DNA of 64,000 nucleotides from Methanosarcinaceae archaeon (GTDB lineage: Archaea; Halobacteriota; Methanosarcinia; Methanosarcinales; Methanosarcinaceae): positions 3,470-67,469 of the forward strand of contig DAOUSW010000005.1 in the NCBI GenBank assembly GCA_030627005.1, given 5' to 3'. The translations under genes and the position numbers were made by a program. Positions 21,101-31,242 of this stretch are shown in pieces. How positions within the stretch are numbered: the first letter of the stretch is position 1; each line of letters starts with the position of its first letter. A model generated the notes under the pieces. The model was not told the DNA's origin. It saw only the letters and a program-made list of their open reading frames with translations, and ran no database searches.

Positions 21101-21994
21101 GGCACATTCTCACAAACAGTATCCCTCTCCCTGGGCATAAATACGATATCTGCAAATGCCACAGATGCTCGCGGGAGCACTAACAAAACTTTCATAAATG
21201 TCACAAGAACCTCACTTTCAACAGATAGTGGCGGAAGCAGCGGTGGAAGCAGTGGCGGAAGCAGTGGAAGTAGTGGAAGTAGTGGAAGCAGCGGCGGTGG
21301 CGGAGGGGGTGGATCCCCCGAACCTGCGAGTAATGTTGAGATCAAGGAACTTTCCCAGCAGTTCGTGACAAATGGGAACCGTATAAGGTTCGCGTTCACG
21401 CAGGAAGTCACTCCTGTAGTTTATGTGGAATTCGATGCCAGAAGAAGTTTTGGGAAAACCACAACCATTATAGAAGAACTGAAGGGGAAGTCCTTCCTGA
21501 CTCCTGCCGAACCCGAAGGAGAAGTCTACAAGCACCTTAATATCTGGGTTGGAAACGGAGGTGTGGCAACCCCGGAAAATATCGGCAACCCTGTCATCGG
21601 GTTTAAGGTTGAGAAATCCTGGCTGGAGGAAAACGATATTTCAGAATCCTCTATCAAACTGTGGAGGTATAATGATGATGTGTGGAATTTACTCCTCCCG
21701 GATACAGTAGGGGAAGACGATGAATATGTCTACTTCGAGGCCGAGACCCCGGGCTTCTCACCTTTTGCCATAACAGGTGGCACACAGGAAGAGCCTGGAG
21801 TAGAAGTAAGCACTCTGGAAATTTTCCCGATGAAAAATCAGACCGATGCTTCGGCCGAGCCCGCTGAACAGTCCGAATCCGGAGAGAACTTTGAACAGCC
21901 CGAATCCGGAGAGAGGAATGCAGCAGGTCTGGATTTTAGATTTGTAGTGGGGCTGCTCGCCTGTGTATTCCTGGTTGTAAGGAGGAGAAGCTGA
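18131..21994 (+). CDS. Large secreted M4/M36-type metallopeptidase-like surface protein (propeptide, HExxH domain, Ig-like domains, PGF-pre-PGF domain, C-terminal anchor)
   Basis: Signal peptide after ATA 18131; YRQSYKGVPV propeptide; YHEYTH; GGGGGS linker then ETPGFSPFAI; TM plus RRRS tail. Confidence 0.8.
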   Translation: MKTGICIFLLFIFLLSTTGSAVSDEFHSSREAISEAQVNTGQVPVNKEALFAAKYGPGWKVSIDGDSNLPRRMVGSSIELTGVSEGAEPEVRKFIADNSQVFSLDSAELELIKEDHDPSLYGKGSGISNLVYRQSYKGVPVYSSRVGVTVNDGKLVAVDSSYFPDITAPTEASIDEIQALSAAGRNLGIDIAAPVTPLSSVSLEEFSRPELSGPASGKNATKAEQVSLVIYPVENEGGYEYHLAYEIELAPIKEPLSAWVYFVDANDGQVLYRYDRMIPFTINGNVTGTVYPECPADTPINVPFRNQTVSVFNDTNKVLFSERFDDATGYAVTSNPIDLTGAVNSRLNFSTRYDLESEYDYAHAAISEDGNLFYFIGNFTGTRDSWTDESIDISNYDGEQVWIGFFYVTDEYVLGEGFYADNIIVSSDNGVVFADDLENGDENWDFNIFSLKNTFLNPVTATTDGRGFYSIPDPAEDVYIYSDFSGPYVKVINEDKTNTFVEFNLSSPTHDWNWADVDTSYEREESNVFYHVNVIHDYFTTGSPFDIHSMDYQTIAIVEYGSETGNAFSDGTDIYLCAAGDRYESTAVLSDAIYHEYTHSVVDHVYTTDLPYRDESGALNKGWADYFACTVNNNSVVGEGFYVSSGSGLRNINNTCRYPDDIVGESHYDSRIISGAMWDLRELLGAELADELVLRGMKLEPQDFREYLEDILIVDDDNADLSDGTPHINAICKAFYVNHGIDTEFFDSVAPELSGKSPSGGSYISSNTTPIAANITYLIDVDPSSICMTVNGEPAAVTKTEINKGYRVENIPLMPYGDGEVAVCLNVSDAADNFISSSWSFFVDTKSPLSNTPEDTEFSANSTTYFTGWKLFDLYPGYYRVLCDGEEIVPPAQWANDTQLSIPVNTDLGIGDFNYTIQYNDTVGNYGEQDTVLITIDYFPAPKINISSPVDGYSTTSGSVTVTGTVNGTGSLPSVTVNGVDADLSLEGFNGTFSQTVSLSLGINTISANATDARGSTNKTFINVTRTSLSTDSGGSSGGSSGGSSGSSGSSGSSGGGGGGGSPEPASNVEIKELSQQFVTNGNRIRFAFTQEVTPVVYVEFDARRSFGKTTTIIEELKGKSFLTPAEPEGEVYKHLNIWVGNGGVATPENIGNPVIGFKVEKSWLEENDISESSIKLWRYNDDVWNLLLPDTVGEDDEYVYFEAETPGFSPFAITGGTQEEPGVEVSTLEIFPMKNQTDASAEPAEQSESGENFEQPESGERNAAGLDFRFVVGLLACVFLVVRRRS

Positions 21995-22059
21995 GGCTTC
22001 TCTTCCTGCCACTAATTCAAAAAAAATTTTAAAGTCCCGGTGCTTACAAAAATCCTTTA

Positions 22060-22708
22060 TCAGGGGATGTGGAATCTTAATCTGTAGTCATAGCTTCTGG
22101 CTTCCTCCGGAAGCTTTTCCAGTTCGGAGTATATGTCCTTCACCTTCCCTGTCACCTTACCGTCCCTCCGTATCCTCCGATGCAAGGTTCAACATGTCCC
22201 ACAGCTGTTTGGAAAGCAGGGAATCTTTTTCTGATAAATTCATCAAAAGGTCAATAAGTTCTGATTTTTCCATCCGCTCCAGGTACTCCTTTAACTCTGT
22301 CCGACAAACCTGATACGAATTCGGGGTCTTCCCGGCGGGCAGGGCAGGTCCCTTTCTGGCCATAATAAGCAGTGTGTCCCCTTCGGGAACAACCGGAACT
22401 TCCTCCCCCATCTCTACGAGTTCAAGGTATTCAAGCACGGCTGCAACCCCGTGTTTGCAGTCATGTTCAATCGGACAGGTGCAGGTGGAGTTAAGTTTCC
22501 CTTTTTCCAGAGACACTTCCGTAAAATATTCGACTGTTCCCAGTACCCTGGCGATCAGGCTACCTTCCGAGCTGCGCTTAATCTCTTTTACCCTTTCTTC
22601 GTCCTGGTACTTCATTCCCTCTGAAGTGGCTTTTTCTCCTGCCCAGGTCTGGAGGTCACCCCACCTGAGTTCCCGGAAGGTGTCGGGGCTTTCCTGGCTG
22701 GATTTCAT
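22060..22708 (-). pseudogene. Truncated, frameshifted SWIM zinc-finger paralog
   Basis: CTCPIEHDCKH; stop at 22157, but a shifted frame continues KVKDIYSELEKLPEEARSYD, matching IVRGISSELDLLWEEAQEYD of the neighbour. Confidence 0.65.
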
Positions 22709-22747
22709 GGTCAGGTATTTCGAGAAGGTGGTATAAAAAACAGGGGT

Positions 22748-24670
22748 TCACTCTTCAATAATCCGGTCCTTTTCCAGGGTATCAAGAATCTCAATAAGCC
22801 TCCTTTTGCGTCTATTTTCATCCCTGATTTCCTTGAGATATGTTTTCCATTCTCCTTTTTGTCTCCCGGCTTCCATAGTCTCTTTGATCTTCCGGAGATG
22901 TACTGCAGCTTCTCTGTAAGCATCCACTTTTGTTTTGAAAATTAGTTCTTCTGCAAGCTTTTTCCAGATTTCTATCGCAATGTCGGGGGATTTCTCATGA
23001 ACGGCATTTGTAATTTTATTCTCGTCGATGTAATATGCGTAGCTTTTTGCTGCCTCCCCTTCCTTTTTTAGTTCTTCGTACCACCTGATTACCTCATCCG
23101 GGGCTTTTTCTTCAATAGCTATTTTGATCAGCAGGTCAAGCACGGGAGGTTTAATGTCTTCGAATGAATCGGGTTCTAACAGCCCTGTTACCGGAAGAAC
23201 CCCGGGAAGGATTGAAGTTTCGGCTCTGTTTTTGGCCCGGACTGCGGGCATGTCTCCTTTTTCAAGGTATCTGTGAGCTATTTCCCTGACTTCCTGCCAG
23301 ACCCCCGCTTTTTCGGATGTTTCCCGCATTTTGAGATATGAAGATAATTCCGGACCTCTGAAGAACTCTTCTGCCTGAAGGGCTGCTGCAAAAAACAGGT
23401 CTCCCTCTTTTTCTTTGGTTTCAATCAGGAGATTGCGGAGACTGTGGGCCATTCCCGGCTTCTCTTCCCGGGTTTTTCCTATCCCCCTGTAGATCCATTC
23501 CACAGCCTTTTCTTTCCGGCCCGCTTCAAGCAGTACCCCCACCAGCCGGTCATAACTGCCTGTCGCTTCGGCCTCGCGTTCGCAGATCGGGATGGCTTCT
23601 TCAAAAAGGCCTGCGTTTTTCAGGGCCCGGACCAGCCGGTCTGCCACCCGCTTCCTGTCCCAGCTTGAATAGTCAGGGCAGTACCCTTCATCAATTTCAC
23701 GCAGGCGGGTTTTCAGAATTTCCGCAAAATTTTTCCAGTTCTCCCTTGAAAAATCCTCTCCCCAGAATGCATGTTCGCCAATAACGTCGTACTCATCTTT
23801 TAATTCAAATTCAAAGGCTTCGAACATCCTTTCGTGGGCCGGGCTAGGGGACCCGGATAGGGCTTCGAATACGATGCTCATGCAGTTAGAAAGTTCCATT
23901 GCGATTTCCCCTTCCTGGTCGTACTCCATAATGTCATCGTACCTGTTCATGATTCCTTTTCCGATATCTACCAGTTCATCATAATGTCCCGAATCAAGCA
24001 GGCTTTCCATCCGGTTTTGCACGTTTGAAAAATCGGGCATTGTACTTTCATAACTCCAGGGGTCGTACTCCTGCGCTTCTTCCCAGAGCAGGTCCAGTTC
24101 GGAAGAGATGCCCCTGACAATTCCTCCTATATCTTCTGTTTCAAGGTCCTGTCTGTCCCGGAGGTAGCTGCCAAGAGAGGGGCTTTTTTCCGAAAACTCC
24201 ACCAGGATGTCTATCAGTTCGGCTTTTTCAAGCCCGTCGAGCCACTCCCTCAGGGGCGGACGGGAGCTTTTCCGGGTTTTACGGCTTTCAAAAGCTTCGG
24301 GTCCCTCATGCATTCTCCTTACCCTCAGGAGGAGCAGGTCGTTCTCTGAAAGTAGAGGGACTTTTATTCCATGTTGCAGGAGGTTGAGATACTCCAGGAC
24401 AGTTGCAACCCCGTGTTTGCAATCCCCTCCAACAGGGCAGGTGCATACGGAACTCAGCTCCCCGGCTTCCAGGGAAACCTCTGTGAAATATTCCCTTCTT
24501 CCCCGCACCATTGCAAGCAGGCCTCCTTCCTGGGTGCGTTTTATTTCCTCAACCCTGCCTGAGCGCTGGTAATCCTCTCCCTTTGATGTGGCCCTTGAGC
24601 CGGCCCATTCCTCGATGTCGCTCCATTTGAGAGGCCGAAACGGGTCGGGGTTTTCACTTTCCGATGGCAT
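22748..24670 (-). CDS. SWIM zinc-finger protein with long helical C-terminus
   Basis: CTCPVGGDCKH SWIM motif. Confidence 0.8.
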   Translation of the reverse strand: MPSESENPDPFRPLKWSDIEEWAGSRATSKGEDYQRSGRVEEIKRTQEGGLLAMVRGRREYFTEVSLEAGELSSVCTCPVGGDCKHGVATVLEYLNLLQHGIKVPLLSENDLLLLRVRRMHEGPEAFESRKTRKSSRPPLREWLDGLEKAELIDILVEFSEKSPSLGSYLRDRQDLETEDIGGIVRGISSELDLLWEEAQEYDPWSYESTMPDFSNVQNRMESLLDSGHYDELVDIGKGIMNRYDDIMEYDQEGEIAMELSNCMSIVFEALSGSPSPAHERMFEAFEFELKDEYDVIGEHAFWGEDFSRENWKNFAEILKTRLREIDEGYCPDYSSWDRKRVADRLVRALKNAGLFEEAIPICEREAEATGSYDRLVGVLLEAGRKEKAVEWIYRGIGKTREEKPGMAHSLRNLLIETKEKEGDLFFAAALQAEEFFRGPELSSYLKMRETSEKAGVWQEVREIAHRYLEKGDMPAVRAKNRAETSILPGVLPVTGLLEPDSFEDIKPPVLDLLIKIAIEEKAPDEVIRWYEELKKEGEAAKSYAYYIDENKITNAVHEKSPDIAIEIWKKLAEELIFKTKVDAYREAAVHLRKIKETMEAGRQKGEWKTYLKEIRDENRRKRRLIEILDTLEKDRIIEE

Positions 24671-24925
24671 AGTAAGGTATTTCCATCTATATTATAAAAA
24701 AGAGCAGCTGGGAGGGATAACTGGCCAGGGTTCGGCTTTTTTCCGGTTAATTTTCAAAGTACCTGCCAAACACTTTCCTGTCTGAGGTTTCTCGAATACG
24801 GGAATTCGATACTGTTTTAATATATGTAGTTATATATACCCTTTATATTCTTTGATCTTGTTATCTGTCAGGTTTGTTCACATGGTGGCAACATTTAGTT
24901 GTCAAGATTTAAGGGAGTGGTAGGA

Positions 24926-27805
24926 ATGAATTTCATCTCTGTACTGGCCTCGAAGGCAAGAGAAGATATGCATTTGCGCATTACGCTAATTAATGGCGAA
25001 ACTATAGAAGGGGATGTCATTGACATTAACAACGAGGGCGTACTCGTCATAAACAATGATGTATTATCGGGCATTTCTTTCAAGATGGTCGGGGTATGGC
25101 AATTAGGCCTTAAAGAGACTAATAAGCCCGATGATCCCCTTACTCTAAAAGTAGCTCCCATTTACGCTGAGAATGAGGGGAATGATTCCTGTCTGCCTGA
25201 AGGTCTGCCTGAAGGTCTGCCTGAAGGTCTACACGAAGGTCTACACGAAGGTCTACATGAAGGTCTACATGAAGGTCTACATGAAGATCTGCCTGAAGAT
25301 CTGCATGGGTGTCTGCACGAAGATGACCTTGAAGTTTTCCTGGTCGGCTTTTCCCCGTATAATACCGTTCTTTCGGACATAGAACCAAATAAGCACATCC
25401 CCACACCACCTGATTTTCTCCATAAGGAGGAGAAGGATACTGATAGGAATACGTGGGATAGCATTCTCAGCCGTTATCAGAATGCTGAGGTAAATAACAA
25501 CCCGGAATACCTGGAATTTTTATCTGAAGAAATGATTTTTCTGGGGAGCAGATACCCGGGGTCAGGGGTCTTTTACTATAACGCTGCCTGTTTTAAGTTG
25601 AAGTGCTGCAACTATCCTGATGCGGGCCAATTGTTTGAGAGGGCGTTTAAGCTCGATAAAAAAAGTGAGTATCTTTATAACGCTGCCTTCGCCTACCTTC
25701 ATGAAGAAAACAAGCCGAAAGCCCTTGTCAGTCTTGGGATCTATTTCTGCATTGAGAACCCCCTCTCAGACATAAAAATGTGGTATAAATTCTGTGATAT
25801 TGTCAAAGAGACCGGGGACTACTATGTTTTCAAAAATGTCCTGCATGAGGTTTTAATCAAATTCTGCTCTCCCGATGAAGAATCAGCCGATTTGTTGAAG
25901 CTGCTGCTCCAGTCGGTTGTTTATGTATTTAAGGACGTAAATATTTTACAGGAGAAACTAATCCCCCTCCTTCGCTTAATTAAAAACAACAACCTGGACC
26001 CTGGCAGCGGGCAGGTTAAGCTTCATATGGGCCTTCTTGATGAATTAACGGACTTTCCCGGCTTATGTAAGCCCAATGATTCTTTTGATCGGATGGTCCT
26101 GTTTTTGAACTGCGACGATGGAGGCCGCGGTTCGGTTTTCGGGCCCGAGCTCGTTAATGCAGGGGACGGCGTGGGGAACGGCAATGCAAATCCCGTGAAC
26201 CTTGAACCTCCCCTTGAAATGTACGTTTCTCCCGCAGGTCTCCGGGTTTCGGGTTTTATGACTCCGGAGAGCCCCGGGTTTGCAAGTAAAGGAAGTTTTG
26301 AGTTTGCAAGTAGGGAAGGTTCGGAGGGTTCAAATGAGGAAAGCAAGGAGTTCCCAGGCAAGGACGAGGATGGAATTTCATTATCAGAGCATTACTCTAC
26401 AGGCCTGAAGAGCGGGCATATTTACCGGACGATTCCTCCGGGCAGGTATGGTTTCCTGAGAGATGGGGACGGAAGGGAATATCATTTCAAATACGAGGAT
26501 GTTTTGGGGAACGCGGGGTATATTGATAGTGCTACCGAGGACAACCAGTTTCCCGTTTTATTCAAATGCAGAGCCAGTACTCTGGAAGATGTGGCTACTC
26601 CCAATACGGCTTATATCGTCTTTTCCACGGAATTACTGGATAATATCATTGCTCTGGCCAGGCAATTTTCCCGGGAAAAGGATTACCCTCATGCAATCCT
26701 CGAATTAAAAACCGTACTCGATTATGATCCTGATAACTTCGAAGCCGGAAATTTGAAAGAGAGGTGGGAAAAGTTATACGAAGAAAAGTACATGACAAAT
26801 CTTGACAAAAACAAAATTAATTTTGAACCTAAAAATGAAGCTGAGTGGAGGCATAAAGCCGATCTGATGCTTAAGCTGGGTATGTGTGAAGAAGCTCTGG
26901 ATGCCTTTAATCGTGCAAAGTCCGGGATGTCGAGTTCTCTTTACGGGCAGGGCATCGCATACCTGAAAACGGGAGCATATGCTGAAGCCGTTGAATGTTT
27001 TAAAAAGGTCCTTGTAAAAACCCCCCTGTATTACCATGCCAGTTATGCCAGAGGGCTTGCGTACCAGCGCCAGGGGATGTATAAAAGTGCCCTGGAAGAT
27101 TTCAATGAGGTCGTAAGGCTCCGGCCTGACTATCAGGATGCCTGGAAACAAAAGGCGTTTGTACTGGACCAGCTGGAAAAGTTTGAGGAATCCATAGAGG
27201 CATACGATATGAGTCTGGCCCTGGTCCCCACGGACTGGAAGGCTCTTTCCAGAATGAGTTCGGTCCTTACCAAACAGAACCGGCTTTCTGAAGCAATGGA
27301 ATGCGTAGAAGAAGCTTTAAGGCATGTCCCTGACCACCCGGATTCCCTTTTTGCAAAGGGATATATCTTCCAGAAAGAAGGCAAACTCGATAAAGCCCTG
27401 GAATGGATCGAAAAGAGCCTTGAATATAATCCGGGGAATGTAAAAGCCCTTACCAAAAAAGCGTATATCCTTGCAAAATTAGGGGACCACGGGGCCGCAG
27501 TCGACGCAATTGAAAAAGCTATCCACCTGAACATGAATAACCCCAAGACCTGGTATTACAGGGGGGTCATTTTCCATTATTCGGGAGATCATGAAAAAGC
27601 AATTTCTTCATACCTTTGCTCTCTCGAGCTCAAGCCCGGGGTAAAAAGGGTAATCTCCTGTAAGGAAAGAGCTGAAAAAAGCCTGGCTCTTTCCCTGAAA
27701 TTGGTTCAGGAGGCAAATGAGGAAAAAGCCTTCCCTTTGAACTCAAGTCCCGAATTAGACGAACTTGTCTCACAATTCAATAAAATTCATTCTCACAGCA
27801 GCTAA
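24926..27805 (+). CDS. Large TPR protein with putative Sm-like N-terminus and cold-shock/OB-like segment
   Basis: Many C-terminal TPRs (AWKQKAFVL, TWYYRGVIF); GRYGFLRDGDGREYHF; internal 12 bp EGLP/EGLH repeat. Confidence 0.75.
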   Translation: MNFISVLASKAREDMHLRITLINGETIEGDVIDINNEGVLVINNDVLSGISFKMVGVWQLGLKETNKPDDPLTLKVAPIYAENEGNDSCLPEGLPEGLPEGLHEGLHEGLHEGLHEGLHEDLPEDLHGCLHEDDLEVFLVGFSPYNTVLSDIEPNKHIPTPPDFLHKEEKDTDRNTWDSILSRYQNAEVNNNPEYLEFLSEEMIFLGSRYPGSGVFYYNAACFKLKCCNYPDAGQLFERAFKLDKKSEYLYNAAFAYLHEENKPKALVSLGIYFCIENPLSDIKMWYKFCDIVKETGDYYVFKNVLHEVLIKFCSPDEESADLLKLLLQSVVYVFKDVNILQEKLIPLLRLIKNNNLDPGSGQVKLHMGLLDELTDFPGLCKPNDSFDRMVLFLNCDDGGRGSVFGPELVNAGDGVGNGNANPVNLEPPLEMYVSPAGLRVSGFMTPESPGFASKGSFEFASREGSEGSNEESKEFPGKDEDGISLSEHYSTGLKSGHIYRTIPPGRYGFLRDGDGREYHFKYEDVLGNAGYIDSATEDNQFPVLFKCRASTLEDVATPNTAYIVFSTELLDNIIALARQFSREKDYPHAILELKTVLDYDPDNFEAGNLKERWEKLYEEKYMTNLDKNKINFEPKNEAEWRHKADLMLKLGMCEEALDAFNRAKSGMSSSLYGQGIAYLKTGAYAEAVECFKKVLVKTPLYYHASYARGLAYQRQGMYKSALEDFNEVVRLRPDYQDAWKQKAFVLDQLEKFEESIEAYDMSLALVPTDWKALSRMSSVLTKQNRLSEAMECVEEALRHVPDHPDSLFAKGYIFQKEGKLDKALEWIEKSLEYNPGNVKALTKKAYILAKLGDHGAAVDAIEKAIHLNMNNPKTWYYRGVIFHYSGDHEKAISSYLCSLELKPGVKRVISCKERAEKSLALSLKLVQEANEEKAFPLNSSPELDELVSQFNKIHSHSS

Positions 27806-28082
27806 TAAATTGCGAAAAATTGTTTTTTATTGAGTTTCCTGCATGGGTTTATTGTTTAGAAAGGTGTTCTGGCTGTCTATATTGCCCCACATTACAAAGA
27901 CTGCAATACATGCCCTTGCGTAATTACGTCCAGGGCATAGTGAACATGGAAAACTATTTGTATTAATTGTGAATCCTCACTTTGTGTATAATTATAGGGT
28001 GCCAGCCTCGACCAGCCTCGACAGCCTCGACAGCTCAGTCCGGGAAAAGATGGATGAACACGAATACGATGGGTAAAGACAT

Positions 28083-30851
28083 ATGAGCAATAAGCAGACT
28101 CATAACCAGAATCCGGAGCAGAAAGCCAGAGATGATATTGATAGAAAACTAACCGAGTCTGGCTGGATAGTGCAGGAAAAGACCGGGATAGATTGGAATG
28201 CTTCCAGGGGCATTGCGGTTAAGGAGTACCTGACCGATGTGGGGCCGGTTGATTATGTACTCTTTGTTGATAAAAAGCCCGTTGGAATCATTGAGGCGAA
28301 AAGGGACGAGGAAGGCCATCGGTTAACCGTTGTTGAGGAACAATCCTCTGAGTATGCTGCAAGCAAGCTAAAGTATCTGAACAATGACCCTCTTCCTTTT
28401 GTGTACGAGAGTACCGGGGAACTTACCCGATTCACAGACTTCCGTGACCCGAAACCCAGGTCAAGACCTGTTTTTTCATTTCTCCGGCCCGAGACTTTTG
28501 AGGAATGGCTCAAAAAAGATAAACCTTTGAGGGAAAGGTTTCTGGATATACCCGAATTGCGGACAGAAGGGCTGCGGGACTGCCAGATTACCGCTATCTC
28601 AAATCTTGAAAAATCCTTTAAGGACAACCGCCCGAGGGCGCTGGTCCAGATGGCAACAGGTTCCGGAAAGACCTATACTGCCATAACCTTCATCTACCGA
28701 TTACTAAAATTTGCGGATGCCAAAAAGGTCCTGTTCCTTGTCGATACCAAAAACCTGGGTGAACAGGCCGAGCAGGAATTCATGGCTTATGTGCCCAATG
28801 ACGACAACCGCAAATTTACCGAGCTGTACAATGTACAGCGCCTGCGTTCCAGTTATATCTCATCGGACAGCCAGGTCTGCATTTCCACAATTCAGCGGCT
28901 TTACTCTATTTTGAAGGGGGAGGAGCTGGACGAGAAAACCGAGGAAGAAAACCCCGCTGAGAAAGGATGGCAGCCAAAGGAACCGCTTCCTGTTGTGTAT
29001 AATGAGAAGGTCCCCCTTGAAGTGTTTGATTTTGTGGTCATAGACGAGTGCCACCGTTCCATATACAACCTCTGGCAGCAGGTGCTTGATTATTTCGATG
29101 CTTTTTTGATTGGCCTGACAGCTACCCCGGACAAACGCACATTCGCGTTTTTCAATGAGAACGTGGTGAGCGAGTACAGCCATGAAGAAGCTGTGGCAGA
29201 CGGCGTGAATGTGGGCTATGATGTGTACACCATCGAGACTGAAATCAGCAAAAACGGGGCAACGATAAATGCGCGGGAGTTTGTGGACAAACGGGTGAAA
29301 CTTACCCGTAAAAAACGCTGGGAACAGCTGGATGAAGCTGTCACCTATACTGCTAAGAAGCTGGACAAAGACGTGGTAAACCCCAGCCAGATCCGGCATG
29401 TGATACGGACATTCAAGGAAAAGTTGCCTGAGATCTTCCCCGGCAGAGAGGAAGTCCCAAAAACCCTGGTCTTTGCCAAGAGTGACAGCCATGCCGATGA
29501 TATCATCAATATACTGCGGGAAGAGTTCAACGAAGGCAATGCCTTTTGCAAGAAAGTGACCTACAAAGCGGAAGAAGATCCAAAATCGGTGCTGGCAGAT
29601 TTCCGCAACGCTTACAATCCCAGAGTAGCGGTTACGGTGGACATGATTGCCACGGGTACGGATGTTAAGCCCCTGGAATGCCTGCTCTTCATGAGGGACG
29701 TCAAGAGCCTCAATTATTTTGAGCAGATGAAAGGCCGGGGCACAAGGACCCTGGGCTATGATGACCTGAAAAAGGTGACAACATCGGCTGTTTCTGCCAA
29801 GACGCATTTTGTAATTGTGGATGCCGTGGGCGTTACAAAGACCTTAAAGACCGACAGCAGGCCTCTGGAACGCAAAAGAAACACGCCTCTGAAAGACCTG
29901 CTTGCAGCAGTAACCTTTGGCGCCCGCGACGAAGACCTTTATGTTTCCCTGGCTTCCCGCCTTGCAAGGCTGAACAGGCAGATAAGTGAAGATGAAAGGG
30001 CCACTTTTGCTGAGAAAGCTAACGGAAAAACTCTCAATCAGACCGTAAAGGACCTTCTCAATGCATATAACCCCGATATCATCGATCTCAAAGCTTCCGA
30101 AATTCAACTGCGCCAGCCGGAAATCCAGGACGCCGATGCTCAGAAAAAGGCACATGAAACCCTGATTGATGTTGCAAGGTCCACCTTTTCCGGCGAGCTG
30201 AACGAGTACATCGAAAACGTCCGCAGGGTCCATGAGCAGATAATCGATGCCGTGAACACCGACACCGTGCTCAGGGCCGAATGGGACAAAGACGCCGTGG
30301 CAAAGGCAGACGAGCTGATCATTGACTTTAAGGCATATATGGAAGCCAACAAAGACGAGATCTCAGCCTTGAGAATCTTCTATAACCAGCCCTACCAGCG
30401 CAGGGACGTCACCTTCACGATGCTAAAAGAAGTCCTGGAAAAGCTGAAACTCGAAAAGCCCCACTTCGCCCCCTTCAGGGTCTGGCAGGCTTACGAGCAG
30501 CTTGAAAAGGTAAACGGCAACTCCCCCAAAAACGAACTCATAGCCCTGGTCTCCCTGATCCGCAGGATAACCGAGATCGACCCTGTCCTCACAGCCTACG
30601 ACCGGACCGTAAACCGGAACTTCCAGGACTGGGTATTCAAAAAACAGGCAGGAACCCTGAAATTCAATGACGGCCAGATGAACTGGCTCCGCATGATAAA
30701 AGATTATGTGGCTACCAGCTTCCACCTGGAAATAGACGACCTTGACTACACTCCCTTCGATGCCCCTGGCGGGCGCGGCAGGATGTACCAGCTTTTCGGG
30801 GACGAGATGAATTTGCTTATAAGTGAATTGAATGAGGCCCTGGCGGCGTGA
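28083..30851 (+). CDS. hsdR: Type I restriction endonuclease subunit R (EcoEI/type IB-like)
   Basis: DYVLFVDKKPVGIIEAK nuclease motif, MATGSGKT, VIDECHRS, QMKGRGTR. Confidence 0.93.
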   Translation: MSNKQTHNQNPEQKARDDIDRKLTESGWIVQEKTGIDWNASRGIAVKEYLTDVGPVDYVLFVDKKPVGIIEAKRDEEGHRLTVVEEQSSEYAASKLKYLNNDPLPFVYESTGELTRFTDFRDPKPRSRPVFSFLRPETFEEWLKKDKPLRERFLDIPELRTEGLRDCQITAISNLEKSFKDNRPRALVQMATGSGKTYTAITFIYRLLKFADAKKVLFLVDTKNLGEQAEQEFMAYVPNDDNRKFTELYNVQRLRSSYISSDSQVCISTIQRLYSILKGEELDEKTEEENPAEKGWQPKEPLPVVYNEKVPLEVFDFVVIDECHRSIYNLWQQVLDYFDAFLIGLTATPDKRTFAFFNENVVSEYSHEEAVADGVNVGYDVYTIETEISKNGATINAREFVDKRVKLTRKKRWEQLDEAVTYTAKKLDKDVVNPSQIRHVIRTFKEKLPEIFPGREEVPKTLVFAKSDSHADDIINILREEFNEGNAFCKKVTYKAEEDPKSVLADFRNAYNPRVAVTVDMIATGTDVKPLECLLFMRDVKSLNYFEQMKGRGTRTLGYDDLKKVTTSAVSAKTHFVIVDAVGVTKTLKTDSRPLERKRNTPLKDLLAAVTFGARDEDLYVSLASRLARLNRQISEDERATFAEKANGKTLNQTVKDLLNAYNPDIIDLKASEIQLRQPEIQDADAQKKAHETLIDVARSTFSGELNEYIENVRRVHEQIIDAVNTDTVLRAEWDKDAVAKADELIIDFKAYMEANKDEISALRIFYNQPYQRRDVTFTMLKEVLEKLKLEKPHFAPFRVWQAYEQLEKVNGNSPKNELIALVSLIRRITEIDPVLTAYDRTVNRNFQDWVFKKQAGTLKFNDGQMNWLRMIKDYVATSFHLEIDDLDYTPFDAPGGRGRMYQLFGDEMNLLISELNEALAA

Positions 30852-30856
30852 GTTCA

Positions 30857-31025
30857 GAGAAAACTGTGGTGAAACTGTGGTGAAACTGTGGTGAAAAGTG
30901 GGGTGAAAATAATCGGATAAAAGCAAAAAAATAAGCATCTTGCGGTGGAAAATTGATCATAAAAGAGGAGAATAGGTTGGGAGAATAGTTTGGGAGAAAA
31001 GTGGGGAAAAAAGTGGGGTGAAAAC
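30857..31025 (+). repeat. Degenerate repeats (GAAACTGTGGT x3; AAAAGTGGGG units), possible gene remnant
   Basis: Direct reading; partly translates as KVGKKVG-like low-complexity text. Confidence 0.5.
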
Positions 31026-31242
31026 TAGCATCCCGGGGTAATTCATAGACTTTCTTTTTCTCACCGTTTTCAGTACTGGTGGACACGACCTCAATTACGT
31101 CAGGAATGTATATTATCAATGAATTGTTATTATTAATGGGGCGGTTTATGATGGGCAGGCGAAGAGCATGGAACGCTTCTCTGTACTTTTGGAAGAGATA
31201 AATAAAGACAATAAGTGAATAATATATTGGGAGTTGAGGTGT

